Part shown: one piece after another, positions 52,968-64,000 of the stretch | Layout: each line of letters opens with the position of its first letter | How positions within the stretch are numbered: the first letter of the stretch is position 1 | DNA from: Trichoplax adhaerens | Lineage: Eukaryota; Animalia; Placozoa | DNA length: 64,000 nt | Reading direction: 5' to 3' | Assembly (NCBI RefSeq): GCF_000150275.1 | Contig: NW_002060946.1 | Location: 7,843,494 to 7,907,493, forward strand | Translations under genes and position numbers: made by a program | The notes under the pieces: generated by a model | What the model saw: the letters and a program-made list of their open reading frames with translations, nothing else | Told to the model about the DNA's origin: nothing | The model's database searches: none

Positions 52968-54671
52968 TTATTGCTTACTTATAATGCGCATATTTGGAGT
53001 ATAATGGCTGGACAATTTAAGGGAAATCCAATCCGCTAGGCTAGTTGGACAGCAGGACAACAATCGATAAAACATTGTAAAAGGTCCAACATAGTAAAAC
53101 CTTTTTGGTTTCCTACTAAGTAAAGCATCTTCTACTGCCTCCACTACCGGACTTAGATCAGTTGGTATTTTCGTACAAAGTTTTTCGATTTTCTCTTCAA
53201 CTAGTGAAGACAAGAGATCAAAGATTATCAGCTCATTTTCGTTCTATGTTTGTAAATTATATTGTTGAAGCTATAGCTCTGTCCTGTGATACTGTAAATT
53301 GACGAATTTACTATATCAAATCACTAAAATTTGTAAATTCAAGATATCAGTTACATCATTTACAATAGTCGTGAGTCTCTATTTTGTAAGCTTTTGGCCG
53401 ATCTAGACTAATTAAAGTTGACAATCCATTTCTTGTTCTGATTAACTGGTGGATTAAGCCTACTTTGATGAATAAAGGCTATACAGTGAGTTATTGGATT
53501 CTATTGATGATATATATGCAGTATATTTGTCTTTATTTGATTTCTTTCATTAAATAGAACAGTGTTTGTTATTTTGCAACTATGAATAAGTATAATTCTA
53601 TATGCATGTATGTCGGGTAATAGTAATATTATGATCTCTACTGTAATCACTTTTATATGCATCAATGCGTAACTAGACATCACTGAATGGATCCAGTCTT
53701 GAATACTAGTAGAATATCCCGTTAGTGATACTTTGCGTAAATAGATTGCTATTCCAATGCGTCCATAAAACTGAGGCTATTTTCGTGGTAGTAAAATATA
53801 TCTGCATTTTACGCTACTAAAGTAATCGTAATTGCGGAATAATATTACTATCGATATTTACTGCTAGAACAACATATGCATCTTACAAGATATCGTAGTC
53901 TCTATCAGGTTTAATTCATGCAGATTTACCTTGTGCAAGAACCAACTTATAACTCTCTTTGACATCGTCACTAGCATCATTATATCTAGAGCGTGTTGAT
54001 TCGATCATTCTGTCAGGGATAGTCATACCAGTTGCAAATCCTGTTGGACAAACACAATGAACTCCGACACCGAAGGGAAGCATTTCCAATCTTAATGCAT
54101 TGCAGAAAGCCACTACACCAAATTTAGAAACAGCATAGGCTCCAAATAATGGCGATGCGTGAATACCAGCTACACTTGCCATATTGACAATTCGACCTCT
54201 CTCTTTCTTGATTAAAGGTAGAAAGTGACAAGTTACGTCAATTAGACCGAATAAATTGACATCAGCAAGTCGACGAAATGTATCAATTTTGAGCCAATCG
54301 ATAAACGCAGTTTCACATAATCCAGCATTATTGACGAGTCCCCATAGTCCTTGCCCTTCTGGTAATTGTGCATTAACTAAATTGACTGCTTGTTGAATTT
54401 GTTGGCTATCGGTAACATCGAGCTTGAAAGGAATCATACGATCAGCATAGCATTTTAATTGTTGTACTGACTCCTCTTTTAAGCAAGCAGCAAAAACATG
54501 AAAACCAAGCTGATGGCATCGCTCAGCAAATGCTCTGCCAAATCCACCATCGCATCCAGTAATCAGGACATACTTATCTTGGATATTGCTGACTTGATCC
54601 TTTTTACTGAATACGTAAGCTAAACTAGCAAATAGAAAATTCGTTGCGGCTAAAGTAGTTGTAGCGTCCAT
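52968..54671 (-). CDS. Short-chain dehydrogenase/reductase, RDH16/HSD17B6/DHRS9-like (SDR9C type), ~324 aa. Exons 54671-53930 and 53200-52968
   Basis: VLITGCDGGFG, GLWGLVNNAG, RGRIVNMAS and YAVSK motifs; C-terminal DLSPVVEAVEDALLSRKPKRFYYVG; phase-1 GT-AG intron. Confidence 0.93.
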
Positions 54672-55497
54672 CAATCAAGCTAACTCGTCGTCGCCAATTG
54701 CCGTTTTAATGAATTAATAAGTGTACTCACTGATTGTCAACAAACTTGGTTTGGTGGCGTTTAGTTGTTCTAGTTGAAGTTTTAATTTTCACCGTCGTAA
54801 TCTCTGTTTAATTTTCGTTGGGATGATATTCTAGATATACGCTTCGATGCACTGAAGAAGCTTCAGAAGGGATTGCTGATAGATAAAATGTGGAGTTGAG
54901 TAGCCGATGGGATAAGTAGTACTAAACCAATCGAGCTCTAAAATGCCAACTGTAAAGTTGAATAGTAAACACGTTGATTAAAAAGTTGCTTGTAACATAG
55001 AAGGTAGAGTAGTACCGCTTCTATCAGCACAGAGACTAATATTAGAAGAGTAATTCTACTTTACAGTATATCAAGTTACAAAGTAGCTTTGCCGGATCGA
55101 CGAGGGTAGAGTATACCTACTTTTATATTCACTCCTTCTGCCAAAACCTCGGTCGTGACACGACACCACTGCAGGTAAATTAACAGACAGATCTTTAATA
55201 AAATGTAATTAATTTTCGGGCAGCAATCTCCTTCAACAGAATGGACACCACTTCTGTTACGTATGTTGAGATAAACAGTGGACCCAATAATAGATACTGT
55301 ACTGTATCTATGATCAGCAAGAATTAATTACGTCCGTTTCGATAAACAGTGGACGCAAGAATAGATACTGTATCTAGAATGACAATTAATCAGCAAGAAT
55401 CAGTAGGAAAAGATTGGCAAGTGAGACACTGCCAAGCATAAAATTCAGTCTCTACGCTAATCGCTTCCAGTTGTGTCAAATACTAATCACTCCCTTC

Positions 55498-56378
55498 CAA
55501 TCTAGTGCGAAAAATTCAAGTACAACAGTGGATACAAAGCACACGATAGGAGAAAATCTGGATAATTTCTAGACGAAGCAATCTGGTGTGAAAAATTCGA
55601 GTTCAACAGTTGATGCAAGGCACACTATTGAAGGAAAGCTGGACAATTTCTAGACGAAGCAATCTCGTCTAACAATTCGAGTTCAACAGTTGATGCAAGA
55701 CACACTATTGAAGGAAAGCTGGACAATTTCTAGACGAAGCAATCTGGTCTAACAATTCGAGTTCAACAGTTGAAGCAAGGCACACTATTGAAGGAAAGCT
55801 GGACAATTTCTAGACGAAGCAATCTGGTCTAACAATTCGAGTTCAACAGTTGATGCAAGGCACATTATTGAAGGAAAGCCGGATAATTTCTAGACGAAGC
55901 AATCTCGTCCAACAATTCGAGTTCAACAGTTGATGCAAGGCACACTATTGAAGGAAAGCTGGACAGTTTCTAGACGAAGCAATCTGGTCTAAAAATTCGA
56001 GTTCAACAGTTGAAGCAAGACACACTATTGAAGGAAAGCTGGACAATTTCTAGGCGAAGCAATCTGGTCTAAAAATTCGAGTTCAACAGTTGATGCAAGA
56101 CACACTATTGAAGGAAAGCTGGACAATTTCTAGACGAAGCAATCTGGTCTAACAATTTGAGTTCAACAGTCGATGCAAGACACACTATTGAAGGAAAGCT
56201 GGACGATTTCTAGACGAAGCAATCTCGTCTAAAAATTCGAGTTCAACAGTCGATGCAAGACACACTATTGAAGGAAAGCTGGACGATTTCTAGACGAAGC
56301 AATCTCGTCTAAAAATTCGAGTTCAACAGTTATTGCAAAACACTTTTGAAGAAAAAGCTGGACAATTTCTGGACGAGG
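55498..56378. repeat. 80-bp minisatellite, ~11 copies, with degenerate related units to the left (~55270-55400)
   Basis: 'aa(c/a)aattcgagttcaacagt' recurs at 55591, 55671, 55751 ... 56311 with an exact period of 80. Confidence 0.97.
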
Positions 56379-56469
56379 TAATCAGAGGGCAACAGAGTCC
56401 TTCCTTCCTTCCTTCCTTCATCAGTTGCCGCAACTGCAATATCGACGGATAGTAAATAAGAAGGTACGT

Positions 56470-57263
56470 CTATACTGTCAGCAATTTGGATGGAAGCTTT
56501 TCATGTACCGTATGGATAATGCAGCAACGTTTGATACACTCTACTGTCTAAAAGTCAAAGAAAAGGGTTCACAACTGGTCAACTTTGTTGTCCAAAATTG
56601 GCGTAATAGCAGCATCGATTGACAATAAAATAATGAATTTGTGTAGGATAAGAATAGGTAAGATCCATGCTATTAATGATAGGATTTTATACTACTTTAG
56701 TAACGAGAAATAATAAAAAGATATCAGGTCATTTGGAGCATTTTCCTAGTGTAATGTTTCATTCATAGAGTTCGGTATATAGAATAGACTAGCGGTTTAT
56801 CATTAGATAGTACTACATCAGTTTCTATCTGCAAGTCGACATACTATACAAAACTTGCAAGTAGACAATATCTAGTCAACACTCTATACCGAATGATATG
56901 AATGGAACATAATACTCGAAAAATTCCCAAAACCATCTGATATTTGCTCGTTACTTCTCATCACTGCAATATTCTAGAAAATATATCCAAGAGAGTAAAA
57001 CTTAACTTATTCCTAAGCAATATAGAGTAATTGTTGAATTTATAATCTGTATGTTAAGACCGCAAATTTTCAACAGCAAAATTGACAAGTTGCAGCCAAG
57101 TTTCCTTCCATTTTGGACAGTATAGTGTATCAAACATTCATTCATATGCCATATAATAACTTATCTAACTGGCATCATCATTACTCACTATAGAATAGGT
57201 GTGATTAAGCCAGCAGCTGGCACCACTACTAGCCACAGCTTCCAGTCAAACGGTCAGTAAAAG
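56470..57263. repeat. Long degenerate palindrome / foldback (MITE-like or inverted promoter duplication) centred near 56845
   Basis: 56527-56603 matches the reverse complement of 57061-57138, and 56699-56792 matches the reverse complement of 56871-56955. Inner pair tgcaagt/acttgca. Weaker outer match 56470-56500 vs 57233-57263. Confidence 0.75.
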
Positions 57264-57267
57264 CAAC

Positions 57268-60200
57268 ATGGCGGATGACGAAACCATTCTATCCGTTTTC
57301 GCTTCTGATTTTCCAGGTATTTCACCGTAGCGAACTCATGAATGAAATGCAATTGAGTTAGATTTATTATCAATCATTTACCAGATCAATTAATATGAAG
57401 GCAATAGTGTTTTATAATGGCTGCTCTATTGCAAGTATTTGATTGAATGGAGCGTTCTGTCTTTGCAACGCCAATTCAAGTCAAGTCGCAAGCGCAAATA
57501 GAGTAAAATACAACATTAATTCCACTGTTGTGGCATCATTACTGATGTAATCTAGCTTGTAGACTTCATTGGTGTAACATTATTAGACTGTAATCTAGTT
57601 TGTTGTCTATCTACCAATGGATTTCAATCATTTTCAAGTTTGATCTTCTAATTGATTCGATCTACACATGCAGCTTCGTGGAGGAATAATGAAGACTTTA
57701 AACGTTATGTAGCTCAGATGAGTTCCTGTTCTATCGACATTCTAGGTATGTACTTTGCCTTGGCTTAGCTCTACAGTAGTTGATACAAATTAATTGGGTA
57801 AAGTTACCATTTTGCGATACTAGAGTAAAGGAAGATATGCCATAATTTTAGTGATAATACATATCTATCGACGTATACTTTTCGATATTCCTTCTAGTAT
57901 CATTACAATTTTCAACTTTTTCCAATCATCATTACATAACAGTATTGGCATATTGTAAAGTATTCACTCCAACTATCTTTGCTAAAGCTAAACATGATAA
58001 CAAGTCAAGCGCTATATTAATAGTATAACATCCAATCCTTATATTAGCTACCGAACCTGAACGCCTAAAAGAAGAAGAAGAATTAATTGGTCGTCAAACT
58101 CAAGATTTAGCTTTCAACAATTATAAAACTTTTATTAAAACGGCGGAGTGCACTAATAGAGTCTTTCAAGAGGTAAGTCAACAAGAATTGGCTAGAGAAA
58201 TTGACAACAAATTTATTAACAGATTGATAATTTTATATTAGAAAACAATACATTAATAAAGCTTGTGGCACCATGCCATGGGCACAAGTTATCATGTCTA
58301 ATCTAGACAACTACACCTTTCCAAATACTCTGTGGTATTATAGTTTCTGCAGGTAGAGCAGCACGTCAACCTACTAATCAAGTCGATACCAGTTTTAAAA
58401 GAAAGTTGCCATGATTTTGTTAACGCAGCGCAGTCGATTAACTTAAGGTAAACTTCCTCACCGATTTGTGTCCTCGTTACAACGCATAACTAAAAATCCG
58501 TTACAGGATCATCTATTAATATGCTATTGCTTATTGCTGTGACGTTCACGTCTATTAACGCCTATCCAACCGTCCCTTCTATAGCCGAAAGCAAAATTCT
58601 GCCATTTTGTCACGGCATACGCAATTACTGGAAATTTTAGAAGTTCCACAGGTAGTGTAGGCATATAGATAGCGTTTGCTATGCTCACGACAATTGGTCA
58701 ATAAAAACTTGTATAAATTCATGAGTGCGACTGGAGAGTTAATGAAACTGCTCCATTTCCTATACAGCTAATGGATACATCGGTCAGAAATTGCTATTAC
58801 GAGGAAGCTTTAGAATTGATCGAATATGTTAAAAGACTAGAAAAGAAGCTATCTTCTATTCCAGTTATCATGGTATATTTAATAAACACCCAGTTCTGAT
58901 CATTACAGTTACACGCAAACTAATTGCTTCTTCTAATTATCAAATGAAATTTGCTTTTTATTCCTAACTTTAGAACATAGTAGAAGATGTCAGAGCTTCA
59001 ACTCAGTTAATGTTGAATCAATTGTTACAACAACTTCATGATGATTTACAACTACCGGCATGCTTAAAAGTTATAGGATATATCCGTAGATTAAATGTTT
59101 TTACCGAACCTGAATTAAGAATTAAATTCCTCCAAGTACGGCTTTAAGTTAGAAAACTACCAATGCTTACACTTTATAAAATCCAACTCAATATTAAAGT
59201 CCTTATTCATTCAAATAGGCTAGAGATACTTGGTTCAGGAAAATTTTAGATAATATTCCTGATGATGAACGTAAGTAACTCCTTTTTACCACTTAAAATA
59301 TTTACTTTCGCCCTGCAATGCTAACATTGTGTTCATATCACTATATTTAGCTTACTATCATATAAGCAAGACAATCGAAGTTAGTCGGGTCCATCTCTTT
59401 GACATTATCACCCAATACAGAGCTGTCTTTCCTGACGATGATCCGCTGTTGTCAACTGGATCTGGCAACCAAGCTAACAAAACTAAACCTGTTGCTATTT
59501 TTTATTGCTGGCTTATTCAAAAAGTTAGAAAAATACTCCTTCTTATTACTGGATATAAACTGACCTGATGTTGGTTGAGCCAACCAACATCTGTGCGTTA
59601 ATGTCAACATGCCTTCTTAAATGTTACTTATCACTTTTGTATTAATCGATAGGTAAAAGATTTTCTATCCACATTGGATTGCGACTTGTCACGAGGTGTT
59701 GGTGGTCGCTTAGATTCATTGCTAGGCCAGTGTATGTATTTTGGACTATCTTTTAGTCGTGTTGGAGCGGATTTTAGAAATTTGTTAGCACCACTTTTTC
59801 AGCGGACAGTAATGAAAGGCTTTTCGCGAACGGTCGAAGATGCTACAACTCAGTATGTCAATATTCAGCCATTTTTAAATAGTATATTAGTTGTCAATTG
59901 CGCAGACTGATTCATCTGAGGGTGTCATTTATTTTGAAGGTTTCAAGATAGTTTAAAGTCTTACAAACTCGTTAGGCCGTCTACTGTTGTTGCTAGTATG
60001 GTTTCTAAATATGAAATTTCGAAACGTAAAGTACGTAGTTATGCTGCACTCAAATTGTTCACTATTGCCGTCAACGTAGCCTATTATTGTCGAACTGCCT
60101 TCTTTAATTATACTTGCACCGTATGATAATTTGGATTATAGGAATCGGATTTATCACCCCCTATGATTCTTCTAGAGTTTGATCCGTTAGCAGGATACAC

Positions 60201-60837
60201 AAACTCTGTCTTGGCTGCTTTCAACGAAATTAGATTATGCGCTCCGGTAGCCATTGCCCCAGCAGTAGCGAAAAAATTGCAGGGGTCACTCGTTACTTGT
60301 GCAATTACGATATGTGACTATTATAGGTAAGTCATCATCATAATATTAGTATAAAAAATACTATTATCATAAAGGAACTTTTTCCATTTCTACAGGTTGG
60401 AATCCACTACGTTAAATCAAGATGAATTTAACCTCCTCACTCGGTTTTGTGATCTTTACGCTAATACATTGGTTCCTTATTTAGCTCGATGTTTGAGCGC
60501 TTTATTTTCTACAACATCAATTAATTCATTACTGGGTCAAACTGTGGCTCAACAGGAAGGATCAGTAACGAATGGTAGTGGAAGAATTGATGTTGATGAA
60601 ATATTCAATGTATTAAAACCATTCCTGCCTCAAAAACCTCCCGTCACTGTTTATCGTAATAGTAGTCTAGAAAATATAACGAAAAAAGACTCAGTTGATA
60701 CAGAATCCAATGCAGTAAAATCTTCAGAATCACATGCAGAATCAGATACAGTAAAGGTATCAGAATCGCCTAGAGAGGATGTTGATGATATTGCCACAAC
60801 ATCGGATGCTAGTGAGGAACACACACATTCAGATTAA
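57268..60837 (+). CDS. COG8: Conserved oligomeric Golgi complex subunit 8 (Dor1 family), 13 exons (first 57268-57316, last 60396-60837)
   Basis: [96 protein letters not shown] and PP..LL.F.PLA.Y.N motifs. Confidence 0.96.
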
Positions 60838-63800
60838 ATCTCAATAAATATTGACGACTGTTATGCGCGTAGACGTGAAAATTAATTACTACCATTATTG
60901 AATGTCTATTTAATAACGTACGAATCACTCTCCTAACTTTAATAATGTAAATAAAATTACAATATATCGATTTGCTATCAGTATGTGTGGAATTGATGAG
61001 AATAAGATTGTATATGGTATACATTAAATGTGATCTACTGAACTGTATTTGCAATACAAGAAATTAGCGTCAAGTTCTATCGCAGGTGTTGTATATGTCA
61101 TGTCTTGTAACCCATGTCGTAACGTTTATTATTGAGGTATTGATCATAGAAATTTTTGACTATCCTTTTCTACCCAATTTTATTAACACCAAATAGGTTC
61201 ATGAAAAGGAAAATTACATTCAAATCATGACTTTGTCTGCAGACTGTATATACGATAAAGACTCATAATCGTACCTATAACTGACAGGCAGTATATAATA
61301 TCGTTAGCATTAGATCACGAAACGTATCTACTAATACTTTAAACTTGGCACTGCTATGACTTTAAACCTGAGCAAAGATCTGTCCCATAGCGCAGTATAG
61401 CAAAACATAATTTGATAGCCTTAAGAATGTTTCTAGCCTTCGTTAATGACCGCTGGAGTTACTAGATGCACCTTAATTAGCTAATTTGAGAAGACCTATC
61501 TTCTTAATGTAGTATACGCGCATTCTAAATTAGCACCCTATTATAATTTAGCTGCAAACACAGCTTTACAAAGACAAAAATAAATTTATATGTGGCGCTA
61601 AGCAAATCGTAAATATGACGTCAATTAATTAATTTTAAATTTCTCAACACAATTTTAGTCATTTTTCTAAAATCTTACTACCTGCGGCCGTACTTGTTAG
61701 ATGCATTACGTAATTGGACAGACTGCCACACTGTTTGCTTCCGCACAAAGAGACTGAGCTATTTATATGCATCCTTATTGAGCTATTACCAACACTATTG
61801 ATGCAGTATATTCTCATATCATCTAGTGAGCTAATCTAAAGGATAAGGAAGCTGAATGTCATAAAAGAATGTAAATAAATAGTATTCCTGGGTATAGTTT
61901 TGTTAGATTTTAGACTAGCAACTATGCTTCTACGTGAATATCTCCCTGTACTGATTTTTTCAATCTCTTATATACCTTTGCTTATCGGATACGTAACCAA
62001 AAACTCGTGCCGTGCAGTAGCCGATAAGAATGAATTCAAAGAATCATGCAATTAGACAATAAGGCGCTCTAGTAATAACTCAATATAAATTCGCAACAGC
62101 TTTTAACTACAAGTGTTCTAAAACTACGAAGGCTAAACCTTCATTGTTATTAATTTACATTTCAATACCTACTACAAGTGTCAAATATACTGTATTAGCT
62201 ATTATAGTCAAAACAGCTTCTTATTGATTGATTGATTCACAGCGCTAAGTCAATATTCTGATTCCGATTCAGTAAACATAGTATCAAATAACCAATCACT
62301 CGGGAATAAATCTTGAATAGATTATCGTAGTGTCATGAACTCTTGATTTCAAAACTGCATGTAACTTAAACTTACTTAAAATCAACATTTTTCTCCCGTA
62401 AACAATTGATCTAATTTAGTTGGCGATGGTGGAGAATTGTACCTATCGGCCAAACAGTATAAAATACTCGAAAATTCACTTACTTAGTAGAAATTGCTGT
62501 TATAACTTTAGAAAGAATCGATAAAAGGATGATGTGGTTGTCCAGTTGTATATAAGTAATCTGATCACATGATTATTTTAATTGTCTATAAAAAAATTTA
62601 GTGTAATTTTTTCATGTATGAGTAATACTAGCTAAATATATTATTTTTTAGTCTATAATTGTATTGTATCAGTTGCAAGTAAATTGTGAACAACCGTGAA
62701 AGATACTTGTATATCGAGTTACGGTGTAAATTTTATTAACATTTTAATTTGCAATTATTCATTTCTTTATACGCGTATACCATAATATCAAGTTAGCGAT
62801 GAATAACTCAAGGAGGACTTATAAATCACCAAAATAATTGCTTTTGATTATCATTAGCTAGCCTGCAACGCTAGTAATCATTTTTCTGATTTTTATCTCA
62901 ATTTAAAAGGAAAGTAATTGTAGAAGGTAAATAAAAATATCTTTATATGTGCATATGATCAGCAGATAGTGTATAAGCATATTCCGTACGTGTTAAAATT
63001 CTCTTAGACAGCGACTGATCATACAAATTTGAATAGATAGCAAATCTTTGTGTCATATATTTTTTGTTATTATACTTATTGCAACAGGAGAAATTACTCT
63101 TGGATAGTAACCATCATAGAAGATTTAGAAAATCTTAAAAGCTTATATATCTCACATTATCCTTACTGTATCTAACATAGCAATAACAGAAATTATAATT
63201 GATCGTTAAAGTTTTAATACCAGCCGGCAAGAAATTTATACAAATTACCTTTGATATCTTTAGAATTGTATGATAAGTTATTCATAAGCGGTAACGGACT
63301 TGAAATTTTTTATAAATAGCAAAATAGTTTAATTATTTCATAATATTATTCTATCTATCTTTACCATCAATAAGTAACTATTACTATAAGATAATATATG
63401 ATATAATCTATTCGCGTATTTGTATACGCGAATAAACCCCTCTGAGAATCAACCAGAATTAAATAAAATCGCTCTACTTACGATTATGGCAATAATATAT
63501 CCTTTTATAATTAATTGAATGATAATGGTATACAGTGTGAGTATACAGTCGAAATGATTAATTAATTAACTCATTAATATTCAATCTGTCGCTAGCCTTA
63601 AAATAGGAAAACAATTCTAAAACTACAGTAATCAAAATAACAATAGAACTTAATTTACATAGTAAATGTTAATCTAACCTATCCCACATCATCAACAATA
63701 GGACTGAATTTGAATGCTTGAAAAGTAACGACAACTAATAAATCTACATAGTGGAAATAATAGTTTCTATTACTTCTTTAATGTTTCCGACAACTACGAT

Positions 63801-64000
63801 TTTGAACAAGATATTGTGGCTATCCACTTCATGTAAATAATCGGACACTATATTGTGCTGTATCTAAGGACAATTGTTAAGGTAGAACTGTTGAATTGAT
63901 TCAATTATCCTTCTCCGTTACTTATTTACTGTCCGGCTATTGCTAGCAGTAGTGAGCAAGGGCGCCGATGGTAACAGCGTGAGAGTCGATTTTCTCTTAT

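Noticed and set aside
55498-56378. CRISPR-like or coding interpretation of the 80-bp array
   Set aside because: No unique spacers and no cas genes in a eukaryotic context. The period is not a multiple of 3 and units contain stops.
61050-61840. Possible exon or pseudogene remnants on the - strand downstream of COG8, including a check for peptide deformylase, which adjoins COG8 in vertebrates
   Set aside because: Frames are interrupted by stops, and I found no deformylase motifs or other recognisable family.

Overview
AT-rich (~30% GC) animal genomic DNA with short GT-AG introns and one 50-N scaffold gap (6468-6517). The gene style (intronless class A GPCR paralogs, a divergent Apaf-1-like gene, compact introns) suggests a basal metazoan such as the placozoan Trichoplax; this is inference. 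Genes: three paralogous peptide-receptor-like GPCRs (the first 5'-truncated by the gap), PSMD9 (7 exons, -), an 18-exon CARD-NB-ARC-beta-propeller Apaf-1-like gene (-), an atypical GPCR, vitamin K-dependent gamma-carboxylase GGCX (6 exons, +), an RDH/HSD17B6-type SDR (2 exons, -) and COG8 (13 exons, +). Exon structures were built by hand from splice consensus and frame continuity. Non-coding structure: solo-LTR-like TG...CA elements with perfect 5-bp target-site duplications (one with an internal micro-inversion); a near-identical 2.8-kb inverted duplication across the gap, probably a misoriented allelic contig; a ~270-bp tandem array with ABAB higher-order structure and box C/D-like motifs; an 80-bp minisatellite; and an ~800-bp degenerate palindrome ending next to the COG8 start codon. 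All ten introns in the Apaf-1-like sensor region are phase 0.
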